A DNA stretch of 64,000 bases. It comes from Felis catus (taxonomy: Eukaryota). The position numbers were made by a program, and so were the translations under genes. Positions 35,255 to 48,100 of this stretch are shown here, piece by piece (the stretch's first letter is position 1; the number at the start of each line of letters is the position of its first letter). The DNA lies in NCBI RefSeq assembly GCF_018350175.1, contig NC_058370.1, positions 138,384,001-138,448,000 of the forward strand, in the 5' to 3' direction. The notes beneath the pieces were generated by a model. It did not search any database. It was not told the DNA's origin and saw only the letters and a program-made list of their open reading frames with translations.

Positions 35255-36083
35255 TGTGCCCGCGTGTTTGCACGTACAGATGTGTGTGCGTGTGCACACG
35301 AGTGGATGCACCTGTGTATGTGTGTACACGTGCGTGCATGTCAGTGCACGCACACTGTGGACGCACGTGTGTGCAGATACGTGCCTACGCGTGCAGACGT
35401 AGGTGCACGCGTGTCTGCGTGTACAGATGTGTGCGTGTGCACACAAGTGGATGCACCTGTGTATGTGTGTACATGTGCGTGCATGTCAGTGCACGCACAC
35501 TGTGGACGCACGTGTGTGCAGATGTAGGTGCACGTGTGTCTGCGTGTACAGATGTGTGCGTGTGCATAAGAGTGGATGCACCTGTGTATGTGTGTACATG
35601 TGCGTGCATGTCAGTGCACACACACTGTGGACGCACGTGTGTGCAGATGTAGGTGCACGCGTGTCTGCGTGTACAGATGTGTGCGTGTGCACACGAGTGG
35701 ATGCACCTGTGTATGTGTGTACACGTGCGTGCATGTCAGTGCACACACACTGTGGACGCACGTGTGTGCAGATGTAGGTGCACGCGTGTCTGCGTGTACA
35801 GATGTGTGCGTGTGCACACGAGTGGATGCACCTGTGTATGTGTGTACACGTGCGTGCATGTCAGTGTACGCACACTGTGGACGCACGTGTGTGCAGACGT
35901 AGGTGCACGCGTGTCTGCGTGTACAGATGTGTGCGTGTGCACACGAGTGGATGCACCTGTGTATGTGTGTACACGTGCTTGCATGTCAGTGCACGCACAC
36001 TGTGGACACACGTGTGTGCAGATGTGTGCCCATGCGTGGGTGCACGCGTGTCTGCGTGTACGGATGTGTGTGCGTGCACGTGC
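35255..36083. repeat. 125-bp alternating purine-pyrimidine minisatellite, ~6.5 copies
   Basis: agtggatgcacc at 35301, 35446, 35571, 35696, 35821 and 35946 (first period 145, then 125). Confidence 0.96.
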
Positions 36084-36526
36084 CGCGGGACCGAAGTGTC
36101 TCCTGTGTTGCACTGGGCCGTGGTGGAGGTGCCCCCAGCGTCAGTGCCACGAGGGGCCGTGAGCGGATGAGGGACGGCCCAGCCGCAACAGGCCCTGTCT
36201 CCTTCACTGCTCTTTATGCTTTTCCAGTTTTTTCTTCCGTGCCCGTGTCTGTGTCTCCCGCCACCAGCACCGCGGTGCTCCCGCTCTGCCGCCGACCTTT
36301 TCCTTTTCTCTCTCCGTGTCCTTCCAGAACTCGGTCGGCTCTCCTCCCGTCTCAGTCTGTCCCCACTCCTCAGGGCAGGGACAGCCCCTCTGACTCGCTT
36401 TTGTTCCCGAGGTGCTAGGTCACCTTTGTGACAGTTGTGAACCAGTGTCCCTTCGTCAGCTCGGGGGGAATCGCAGGTGTGCTCCTGAGGAAGCCTCGGC
36501 CTGGGCTCCGCCGGGAGAGGCGCTGA

Positions 36527-36844
<318 letters not shown>

Positions 36845-37336
36845 TAGGGACTGGCTGGGGCGGGGCGGGGCGGGGGCTAGAGATCCGGCTGCCGGGTACT
36901 CTCCCGTTTGGAAAGGCCGCTGTGAACCGCTCAGTCGGCCCGGTTTTACTTTTCCTAAAGAAGCACTCATCCCGGATCCCAACGTTTGGGATTTATCAGC
37001 GTAGGCAAAGAAGGAAAACGTTTCGTCTGTGTTCTGTGGAAGGAGAGCCAGTTGAGACACGCAAACACAGCGTGCGTAGCTGTTCACGCGTGTTGTTTGC
37101 GGTGCCGGGAAGCTGCAAACGGCCCGAGTGCCCATCAGGAGGGGGCCGGTTAGTCTGGCCGGCGGGGGCTGTGCAGCAGGCGAGGCCAGGAGAAGAGCTG
37201 TGTGCGCGGGCGCCGAGGGTCCCCGACAGTCGTTCCCGAGGCGTTTAGTGTTTACCGTGTGTCTGGTACTTTGTGAGCACTGAGAGAGCAGCTCTAGGCC
37301 AACGTGCGTGCCGTGAGCTAGTTTTCATTCCAGTGA

Positions 37337-37538
37337 GGCGTGTGTGTGTTTGTACACGTAACTGCCTGTGTGTGACTGTCTACGTGTGTGCATGCTTGTG
37401 TGTTCACGTATGTGCGTGTGTGTGCATGTGTTCTTGTGTGTGCATGCTTGTGTGGACATACGCCTCTATACTTTGCCCTTGTGTGTACATGTGTGCGTGT
37501 GTGTGTACATGTGTGCGTGTGTGTGTGTGCATGTATGT
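37337..37538. repeat. Degenerate (TG)n/(CA) tract
   Basis: Low-complexity RY run. Confidence 0.85.
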
Positions 37539-38049
37539 GGAAGAAGCATCTAGAAGAACAGGATTGCTGTCAGGTGTCCTTCCTCAGGCCAGGGTGGGCA
37601 GGTCACAGGAGAGTTGGCTTCTCATGGTCTATATCTGAGTTCTTTGAATTACTTTCCAGAAGCCACGTTTCTGCAGTCAGAAAATTAAAAACCCGAACGC
37701 TGGAGTAGAGTTTGCCAAAGTCAGCGAGCGGCTGTGATTGCTGTGGTCGAGGGGACGCCCGTCCTCCGGCTCGGCTCACCAAGCTCCCTGGGCGGGCACG
37801 TCGGTGGCGCAGACCCAGAGCACGCTCGCGGCCCCGTGGCAGCGGTTTGTGGACGTTGCCCTGGGGTCTGGCTGACCTGCCCTCTGCTTCCGGCGCAGCC
37901 CTTGAGCTGAGGGTTTTGGGTGCTTCCGTTCGGTCCCGTGTCTGTTTTCCGGGACTTCAGAGAAGGTTTGGGAGAAACTCGCAGTGAGCTCAGCCGTCTG
38001 CTGAGACCTTCCTAACGCTGCACTATGCAGTCTGGGGTCGGCCGCCTGA

Positions 38050-38283
<234 letters not shown>

Positions 38284-40289
38284 TAAGGGCACAGGCTCCC
38301 TATGGCGCGGGGCTTCCTCTGCCCGACCGCCGCGCGGTCCTGGTGGCTCGTGGAGGAGGCGTCCGGCGGGTGGTCGGGGAGGGTCTTGCCACTGCCCGCT
38401 TGCGGGTCACGGTTCTGGAGGACGTCGGCACCCGCCGTGGGGAAGTCGGAGTCGGGTCACGTTGGCTGATGTCTCCTCGCGTGGGTCCTAGAGGAGATCT
38501 TTCCGGTGTCTTTCCGTCTCCTGACGGCCGTCACCAGTCTTTAAGCGTGCTCTCCGGACTCGATCCCTCCACCGTCCCCGTGAGCGAGAGATCGCCGTCG
38601 GCATCCCCTCCGCTGGCGTGGATTTGAGACGTGTGGCTCAGTTGGTGGCAGCGGCCCTCGCCGTGGCGGGCGTGGACTCCAGGCCGGCGCTCTCAGCCCC
38701 GACCCCCAGCTGTTCCCCTGCCCTGCTTCAGCCCGAGGTTGCACACGGAGTGTGGTCAACCTTGATTCCCCTCGTAACAGTCGCACCTCCTGGTTGCACG
38801 TTTCCAAAACACTCCTTCCTGCGCTGTTCTCCAGTCCTGACCGCACCTGCTCAGACCGGGGCTCATGCTCCCGAGAGCGGCCCGGCTCCTGGGGGCTCGG
38901 GGCTCATGCGGGTCGCGCTCCTGGTTAGTGCCGAGCAGGGGTGCCCCGACCCCAGGCTCGAGTCGGAGCCTCCGGCTGTGAGCAGGGTGCGGTTGCGGCT
39001 TCTGTCAACAGCGCGGAGTATAAAGGGGGACATTTCTTGTTCGAGGAGACTGTTGTCCGTGCGGGGAGCTGCCTGCAGAGGTCCCGTGTCCCAGTTCCCG
39101 GGGGGGACGGTGTGGAGTGGGCCCCGTCGAGCCCTGCCGTGAAGTAGGGCCGGCCCTTCTGTTGTGAGGTCCTTGACCGCTCCGTCGTTCGAGTTCTTCC
39201 TGCAGCTACCTGAGCTCGGCCTAACTTCACTTTGAGACCAGACCTCGGTGCTTGGGGCCTCTCCCACCTTTGTCTGTCTCGTGGCTGCAGGTGTTCTCTG
39301 TTCAGGCATGTGGAGCCGCACTACGGGGACGCAGGAGCGGTCGTTTGGGGCAAGGACCGGCCGACAGCGGTGCCGCTGGCTTTGGCGCCCCTCGCCGGGA
39401 CAGCTGTGCCGGTGCCGGTGGGACTCACGGCGTGCTGCCCTCCACTCGGGCGGCTGCAGAGAAGCGCCTGAGCGGGGAGGCCGGCAGACGCGGGGACATC
39501 ATCCCCAGGGTCCCCAAGCCTTCCTGCTCCCGTGGTCCGTCCGCGTGGCTCACTGAATTCAGGAGAACAGAATCCCCAGGAGGGTTTTCCTGCGGCGGGT
39601 GTAACACGCCCCGCTGGGGCACGGCGGGTCGGCATCGCCGGACGGCGGGCAGGGCTGCTGCGTGAGCGGGCCAGGGGGCGGGGTGGGGGGGGGGTTGGGT
39701 CACGCAGAGCTGGATGCTGCTCGCTGGGGAGCGGCACCCTGCAGCGTCCAGGAGCGTGGGGTGCCGTCCGAGTAGACGCTCCCCGCGAGACGGGAGAGAA
39801 GCGCCTGAGGGGCCCCTCCGAGTGGAGAGCGTGCGGCGTCCTGTCATCGTGGGCACGCGGGGTCTGCGCTCCCCACGCGTGTAGCGTGTCTGGTCAGGGT
39901 TCCTGAGAAGGAGAGCCGCCACCCCGCTTCAGAGGGCGGTGACACGGAACCCCGGCCGAGGGCGTTGCAAAGCCACACCGGCCAGCTGGGAAGGGGCCGC
40001 GCCGGCAGTCCCCAGGGTCCTTTGCTTCTCGTCACCCTTCGCTCAGCCCTCACGGTTGTTTCCTGGCCACCGTCCCCTGAACCGTGGCCCCTCGTAGACT
40101 CCCCGGCACCTGCTGTCCCACAGCCAGAGAAAAGAGTGTCCCCGGGCGTAGCGTGGATTGCGTCCGCCTCCGCGGGGGGCCCGCTCCTCACGGCCGGGTG
40201 AGGGTCTCTGTGCTCCGGGAGGAGCGGCCCCCCCGGCCCCCGCAGGACGCGCCCCCGCCTCGCTCATGCGTGTCCCTGGTGCCTTGCAG

Positions 40290-40464
40290 GAGCCAGGAGC
40301 CCCCGCAGGACAGCGTCATCGCGACCTACGAGGAGCACGAGGACAGTGTGTACGCCGTGGACTGGTCGTCCGCCGACCCCTGGCTGTTCGCCTCCCTGAG
40401 CTACGACGGGAGGCTCGTCATCAACCGGGTGCCCAGGGCCCTGAAGTACCACATACTGCTGTAG
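40290..40464 (+). CDS. EIPR1: EIPR1 terminal coding exon: (K)[57 protein letters not shown]
   Basis: Acceptor gccttgcag|G; last WD40 repeat; TAG at 40462-40464. Confidence 0.97.
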
Positions 40465-40749
40465 CGCGTCCCCGGCCGTCCTCGGCCGGCTCCCCCCCCC
40501 CCCCGTCTGTTCGGAGGCGGCTGTCCCCACAGGCCGCCCTCCGGGAACCGGCCTCACCTGCGTCCGCCGCGGGAGCCCCCGCGGCTGCGCAGCCGGGCCT
40601 CCGCGAGGGGCCCCGTCTCTGGGGGTGGCGCCAGGACGTGCTGCCCGTCGGTCGCCGTCGGCCTTCTCTGGTCTCTTCGAGGGTGCTGGGAGGGTCACTT
40701 AAAGAAAATAGTATCTGTTTCCGTAACATTAACTCCCGTTTCTCTTGAG

Positions 40750-40755
40750 ATTAAA
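40750..40755 (+). promoter_or_regulatory. Probable EIPR1 polyadenylation signal (ATTAAA), implying a ~0.3 kb 3' UTR
   Basis: ATTAAA followed by AGTAAA in the only AT-rich patch after the stop codon. Confidence 0.7.
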
Positions 40756-43569
40756 AGTAAAATGAGCAAGGCCACGCGGCCCGGGCTTCTGGCTCATTCT
40801 TCAGGAACCCTGCCCCGCGTGGCCCTGTCACCTGCTCTCTGCTCATTTTCTCTGGGCCTGACCCGTCCGTGCGCGGACCGTGGTGTCTGCGTGGCCAGCT
40901 GGGGGCGCTGACCGTGGCCGGGAGTGAGTGTCCCCCGTCAGCCTTGGCCGCCGATCCCGGGTCCTGCCCACGTGGTGCCGATGGCACCGGGGGAGGCAAC
41001 TTCTTGTCCCCCAAAGCCACACGCCTGCCCTCGTGAAATCCCACGCCGTGGTGCTGGCCCCCGCTCCTCGGTGAGGCGGACACGGGACGTGTGGACTCGT
41101 GCCCGGTCCCCTGCCGTGGGCCCACGGGTCTGTGCTGCCCCCGGGTCGTGAGCGCTGGCTCGGAGGTGTGCAGCCCACCCTGCCCCTGCATAAGTGCCTG
41201 GGGGGCTGGGACACGAGACAGGCCCCCATTTTCCGAAAGCACAGGAGATCCGCCACGTGTGTGTGAGTCCTTCAGCCGGAACGAGAAGGCCCATCGGAGC
41301 TGCCCCGACGTCCCCCTCCAGGTTCTGGCCGCGGCGGGTCCGGGCCAGGAGGGTAACCTCGCTGCTGCTGCTTCTGCGTAGTGTGCCTGCCCCTCCGTGC
41401 GGCCCTCAGGGTGCCGTGCACCTGCTTCCCGGGCGAGACCGTGTTTGCTTGAGAGAGGCCGGCCGAGCCGCCCGTTGGATCAGGGACCAGAGCTCTCTGG
41501 ACTCAAGAGCACACGTGGGCCCCTTGCCACATGGTGCTGACCGAGGTGGCGTTGAGATGCCGGGAGGGGGTCAGTTTCTGGATGGACCTACGGTGGGGCC
41601 GTCAGTTTGCTTTGCTGACAGATTACAAGTAGGTGAGAGGCCAGGACAAGAGTCAGGGAGGGCCCAGCGTTTGGTCAGAGCGACCAGGACGGTTGCGGGA
41701 CAGGAAAGACCCGGAGAGGAGCAGGGTGGGGGTCGGAGATGGGAGCTGCCTGCCAACTGCGATCTGTTAGCTCGAGACGCCCGTGGAGCCCAGCGGCCAT
41801 GCCCACCGGCATTTGGATACTTGAGCCGAGCTTCTGGAGGGGTCCGGGCTGGCTGCGTGGGGAGCGGAGTCTGTTGTCGTGGCGGCCGCCCCGGGGCACC
41901 CGCCGTGGGGTTGGGATGGGGAAGACCAGGGCCGAGCCCCACGTGGGGCCGGGGGCCAGGGGCCTGTGGGAGAGGGAGGGGAGCACTAGGGGAGGTGCAC
42001 GCGACCCAGCCCGTGGCACGTCCCGGAGGCCAAGTGAAGCGGGGGGAGGGCCCGCCGTCAGGCTCTCGCTCTCGCACAGCTGCGGGGTCTGGAATGGGGG
42101 TCTTGCTTCCCTGGGTTCTTCCATCCCGTGTCTCTGTGGAGACCGCAAACGCCCGGACGCTGATCTTGTGTCTGAAGATAAAATACTCATAGGACACGTG
42201 GAGGGACGCTTGAAATACCACTTTGGTTACACGTCGAGTTTTTGTGGCATTTGTGACAAATGCAAACTCTCAACTCCCTTAAAGCGTCGGAAGCCAGAGC
42301 TGAGTCAGTTGGTGGGGGTGGGGGTCTCGGGCGTTAACAGCAGTAAATACGAGACGAGATCCATTCACTCAGTCCCTAAGCTGACATCTGCCTCTGTTAG
42401 CTTCTGTGACGTCCTTTTGCCTAACACAAGAGAACTAGGAAAGCCACCCAGAACCCCCAGGGGTCAGAGCTGGTCCCCGATCCCCCACGCGGTGAAACCA
42501 TTCTGCACTTTGCAGCCCCAGGAAGTGATGGCGAGGTGATCGGCTGGTGTCCGTTGAGTCCTGGTGGCCTCACAGGGACGCGGCCTGCAAGCTGTGACCC
42601 GAAACGCCACCTCATAGGTAGGAGCACCTCGAGAGTGGCGATTCAATCAATCAATCGATCGATCAATCAGTCCACTAACCCTCCATCACCGGGCTCTGAC
42701 CCCAGCCTGCTTGTCCACTGGTGTCCCGCATCTCTGCATTCGGGGGCGTCCTGTGTCGGCCTCCCTGTCGGGCTTCATGGCCTCTTGAACACGCTTTTCC
42801 TTCTGCATCTGGCAAAACCAGCTCCAGTGTCCCCCTTCCGGAGGCCTCCCTGACCTCCGCAGAATCAAGCCGACGTGGCTCCTTGGAGCCTTTGCAGGAG
42901 GGAGGAAAGTGCCCCGTTTCTGCCAACGTTGGGCCCCCTGCCAGCGATCGGGTGGTGGGTGGGCCCGCCGCTCTCCCGGCTCATAGGCGTCCAGGTTGAG
43001 TATTGCATTACTGGCTTGGTGCTCCCAGCCCTCTGCGGACCCCGGCCCCTCCCAGCGGTCCTGGCCCTCCTGTCACCTGCAGTGCAAGGAAACCGGGCCG
43101 GGTGCTGGGCTCCCCACACCCCGTCTCACACGCCTCTCCCCGGCCTGTATGGGAAGAGTTATGGTGGCACGTGTGGCCGTGTGGCCTTGTCCATCCAATC
43201 CAGCAAGGGTGTATCGAGCTGCTGCGTGAGGCACAGCCCTGGGGACGGGAGGAAGGACCAGCAGGGGTGCGGCCCCTGCCGCCAGCTGTGCGCACACCCG
43301 AGGGCTGGGCTGGGGCCACGGCCGCCCCCCAAGTTGCACCAGACTTGTGGTGAGTGGGAACGTGCCCTCGAGCAGGGAGAGGAGAGGGCCTGCGGTGGCT
43401 CAGCCCCGGGAAGGCTGGCAAGCAGGTGAGAGAAGTGGAAACTTGTAGCCAGAGAAGCAGGTGCCGGTAGGCCCGGGAGGCTGCTGTGCAGAAGCGGAGG
43501 GGGTGGGGTGGGCCGGGGAGGGGAGCAGGGGCGCCCCAGCGGCACCCCTGCTGGCAGGCTGTGGGCGGG

Positions 43570-43743
43570 GAGTGGTGTGGGTTCAGTCGGTTGAGCGTCC
43601 GACTGGTGGTTCTGGGTCAGGTCACCGTGGTGTGTGGGGCCCTGTGTTGACGGTGCCGAGAGGGCTTGGGGTTCTCTGCCCCTCCCCAGCTGGCGCACAC
43701 GCGTGCTCTCTCTCTCTCTCAAAAGATAAATAAACTTAAAAAA
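43570..43743 (+). mobile_element. Diverged Can-SINE
   Basis: ggttcagtcggttgagcgtccgact...ctctctctctcaaaagataaataaacttaaaaaa. Confidence 0.8.
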
Positions 43744-44839
43744 CATCACCGAAAGGAGGTGCAGCCATGCCTTCCTTATTAGCCCCGCCCCTCTGGAGGT
43801 CGGAAACGCTTTCCGCAGGTGTCCTTGCCGTGACACCTGCCCTCGACCCAGCGGGCAGAGCACCCCCACCCCAGGGGTGAGGGGAGGCGGCTCCACAGCC
43901 TTGCGGCGGACTCTATCCCCAAGAGCTGGCATCCCCTGCCCGACACGGCCGCCACCGCATCCCGTGGCCCCGGGACCACTGCTCCTGTAGGATGAGCTCA
44001 GTCCAGGGTTCTCCCTCAACTCACATTTGGTTCCTGCCCCAGCGCATGAGGTCCTTGTTTGCGGGGCTGGGGGCTGGGGGCTGGGGGCTGGGAGCAGCCA
44101 CCGCGGGAGCCCCGGCCTGCCCTCGGCCGCGGGTGGGTGGTCTGCACAAGTGCAGAGGCCCCTCCTGCTGGAGCTGCAGACACGTCGGCCCACACACAGG
44201 TGCCCCTCATTCCCCCAGATGAGAATGACGGGGCAGGGAGACGTCACACACAGCATCCGGGTGACCATGCCCCCTCTAGGTAGAAGGTGGAGCCTGGTGG
44301 AGCAGGAGCTGCAAGGGTTGTCGTGGGGGCTGGTGGGGCAGGGTGGGGGAGGGGGCGGGCGTGTGCCGGGCCAGGGGGCGGGGCGGGGGCGGGGCCGGGG
44401 TGCGGGGTGGGGGCGGGGCGGGCGGGGGCGGGGCCAGCAGACCCCAGTGGCTGCCATCCTTGGGCCGTGCCTGTGCCAGAGCGTGGCCACTCGGGGTTGG
44501 GAAACTCTGTCCCGCGACCCCCGGGAAGCAGTCAGGAAGGGGAGACCCCGGAAGACTGGGGCCGCCGGGCTCCTGGGAGGGACGGCGCAGGGGCCAGGCT
44601 GCGAATGCCCCGTCCCAGCGTGGGTTTGAGCCCCCGGGAACGAGGAGGGGGTGCCTCGGTGTCCCGCTAGATGTCCTGTAGCTCTGAGGACGGAGGTGTC
44701 AGGCCAGAAGGGGGCGGAGGAGGGATGGGTCTTCCTGCGCGGCTGCTTTGGCCTGAAGTGGGGATTGCGCGTCCAGGGTGAGGCCCGCAGGGGGGCGGCC
44801 GGCCGGTGGGTGGGGAGGGCGAGAGACCCTGCGCTCTGA

Positions 44840-45170
44840 CTCGTTCCCTGCGGCCGGGTCGGGCAGGGGGCGAACCTTCCCAGTGTGAGTACCACGCCGC
44901 GGGCGGCGTCAACAGCAGGTGTCTGCTTCTCAGGGCCCCGGGGACTGGAAGTCTGAGGTCCGGCGCCAGCGTGGCTGTGTCCCGGTGAGGACCCGGTTCC
45001 CGCTCGCTGTGGAGTCTTCTTGCCGTGTCCTCACGGGGAGAAGGAGGAAGCATGGCGTCTGGGGTCCCTGTTCCCAGGGCACCGATCCCACACGGGGCTC
45101 CCGCTGTGACCTCATCACCCAACACCATCACCTGGAGGCTTGGGGCTTAGACACAGGAATTCGGGTAGGG
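44840..45170 (-). mobile_element. MaLR (MLT1A/B-like) LTR, GC-shifted
   Basis: gactggaagtctgaggtc...ggtgaggacc...ttcttgccgtgtcctcac...gacctcatcacccaacaccatcacctgg. Confidence 0.55.
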
Positions 45171-48100
45171 GGGCGCCCAGGAAGGAGGAGAGGCCGGAGA
45201 ACCGACCCCCGGGAGACGCCGGGGCCCCCATGCCGTTTTCTCCAGAGGAGCTTCTCTGGCCAGAACTGCCCAGAAGCCACACCGAGATACTGACCCAGCA
45301 GCTCCTGGCGGGCCTGGGACCCGCCTCGTGAACAGGCCTGGTGCTTCCTGCGGGGCCCAGTCCTGTCTGGAAGATGCTGCTGCGACGTCCTCTCCTCCGG
45401 GCCCCAGGGCGTGTGCTGGCGCAAAAGGAGACGCCGGTGGGAGCCTGCTGCTTCCCCGGCGGGGCCTGCAGGGGCGTGGGGAGGCGAGGAACCAGCACCC
45501 CGGCCCTCCGGCCCCACGTGGCCCGCCCGGCCCAGGCGGTGCCGACAACTGTGACGGCCCATCGTAACCCGTCCTCGGTGTCGTTGCCCGAGAGGGCCTC
45601 CGGGTCGAGCCGCGGCCGACCTGCGTGGCCACATCTAAGGACGCGCCTGGCTCGCTGCTTCTTCCGGGAGAGAGAGGCCTGAAACCACGTGCCGGGGGGA
45701 CAGGGCGTCCCTGCAGGGCTCCCGAGGTGCAGCCGTGCGGTGGCAGCCTGGGGCCTCGGGCTGCGGGCTGAGGTGGGGCGGCTGGGCTCACGCAGGGTTA
45801 GCAGGCCGCCTGCGGGCTGACCGTGGTCCTTCCCTGGCCAGTCCTCCCGTGCGTCGCTATCTTCCCCTGCGTCATAGTCCTCACATACTTCAGGGTCCTC
45901 CCGTGTGTCACGGCTGGTCCTCCCTCGTGTCACAGCCGCCCCCCCCCCCCCCCCCCGGTGTTGCGGTCGGTCCTCCCACGCGTCATGGCAGGTCCTCCCG
46001 GGCATTCCTGCAGGGACACCTGCTGCCACCGCGTGATTGAGTGTCAGGTGTGGCCCATAACTCCTGGTTCTTCTGCACACGCCTGGCGGCTCCTTGCAGA
46101 GCCTGATGAAGGACGTGCCCTCGTTGAGAATCCCACACTTCCCACCCCTGGTTGGCCACGCTCCTCAAGGCCAGGTGGACGTCTGCCTCCCTGGCTGTTA
46201 GAACAGCGTGTTCTGGGTGTTTCTAGGTTCTGACCCTCCTGATGTGATGCACGTTGTTTAATAAATGTCAGCAGTGGGTGTTGGTACCTGCTGACTAATT
46301 ACAGGGAAGGGAGGGGCTTGTGTGTGGGGCAGGTACTGGGGCTGGCCTGGCGGGGGCCAGTGAGGCAGGCACTGGAGGCAGGTGGGGGGGCCAGCGTGGG
46401 GGGGCAGTGGGGCAGGCACTGGGCAGGCGTGGGGGCGGGCGCTGGGGTCTTACCGGGGTGGGGATGGCTGTGACTTTGCCAAAGAGGACCAGGCTCTCCC
46501 ACCCGAAGGGGCTCCAGAGCGTCAGGTGGGCAATGTCCCTGTGACGCTGCATTGGAGCGATGGTTCTTTGCGTCTTGGGGTCCCCAGGCTGGGTTAACGG
46601 GGGGCGGCGCCCTCTGCGCGAGGTCCGCTTCTGCGGCATCGCTGCCGTGTGCCCAGCCGAGGGACCCCTGGCTCCTCTGTGATAAGGAGCCCCCCACTTG
46701 CCTTTGGCCCACGACCGCTGTTCCCTTCCCAGGCATGGGTCTGGGGGGAGAGGCCACGAGCCGGGGGCCTGACAGGGGCCACAGAATCCTGCACTGCAGT
46801 GGGCTCCCCGTGAGGACACCGTGGCCGTCACTGCTGTCACCGAGCTTCTCCTTTGGGGGAGGGGAGGTGCCATATGCAAATCCGCACCAGAGAAATGGGG
46901 AGCAGGACCGAACCCTCAGACCCCCCAACACCACTGTTAAGGCCCCAAGTTGCGGCGGCTCACACAGAAGCCCACGTACAAGGAAAAGTGTCCTTGGTGG
47001 CCCCACTTTGGGGAAGTAGCAAAGGCCACGTGGGGCCTGGCGGTGGGCTTGTCGTGCGTGGCGGTGTCTGTGGTGCAGGGTTGGGGTGAGACGAGCAGAG
47101 CCTTGGGTGGGAGGGGAGGAGAAGGCGCCACCTTGATTCCGTTGCCACGAGCCGTTGCGCGTGAGTGAGCTATGACCCACGACGTTTATGTGGCCGGTGG
47201 TCCAGAGGGAGCAGCCGAGGTGCAGGGGTGAGTCCCGGTCCCACAGCCGAGGACCCAGGTTCCAGGAAGTTAATGACTGAAGCCCCCTCCCCCGCCCCAC
47301 TTCCCGGGCAGCTGGAGGGGGGGGTACCAGGGTGTCAGCACTTCTGGTACTGTCACCTGCCTTCCAGTGGCGTTGAGATGCACCCCTCCTGGCTGATGCC
47401 CCTTGTCTGGAACGGCAGGGCCACGAAGGAGATGGGGACATTGTGTGCACGGGGAAGCCTCGGGGCTTAGCGGAGTCTGCGGCGTGCGGTAGGTAGGACC
47501 ACGGAAAATCGCAGCCACCGGAGGGAGCCTGACGCGGCCCCCAGAGTCCCCGCTGTGGCCTCGGGCAGGAAAGCAGGTGGCTTCCCAGGGCCGCGGCCGT
47601 GTCGGTGTCGGGGCCAGTGCCCTCCGCCGCCGTGACCTCGGGCCCCCTGTGCCCCCGCCCGGCACTCGGCCCCGTGGCCCCCGGAGGACGGCTTTGGCTG
47701 GAGGAGCACTCGGCACTAAGGGGCCTGTTTCCTGGGCCGCTTTCCCCCGCTGCTGTTGCTTTGAGGCAGCGATCGGCGAATGGTATTTACCGTCACCCCC
47801 AAGCCGCAGAACCAAACCCGGGAAAGGAGCTAGACAGCTTTTCTGCTCAGCAGCTGGTTTATTTTAAACCGTCCAAGTTGATGGCCCGGTCCACTTTTCG
47901 ATGTAGCTGCGATGGCATTAGGAGATTTAGACGTGATTTTTACAGCGTGAAAAAGAAAAATAGAATTGAATATATGGTAATGATGAATCCTTCAAGTTTT
48001 GTGTCTAAAATTGCTTCCAGGCATGAGTTATTGCCTAATAATTCGTGCCCTGTTGTGTCTTCCTGCCTAATGAGCGTGCGGAGGACTGTTGTCGGGATCG

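Noticed and set aside
35188-36418. Cys/His-rich ORFs resembling zinc-finger or metallothionein proteins
   Set aside because: Produced in all frames by TG/CA alternation; no C2H2 spacing or linker.
43159-44895. 578-aa minus-strand ORF
   Set aside because: Pro/Arg/Gly-rich with no recognisable domain; it runs through a SINE and G-tracts, and long stop-free frames are expected at this GC content.
46260-46265. Distal AATAAA as the main EIPR1 poly(A) signal
   Set aside because: It lies 5.8 kb past the stop, a proximal ATTAAA exists, and nothing else supports it.
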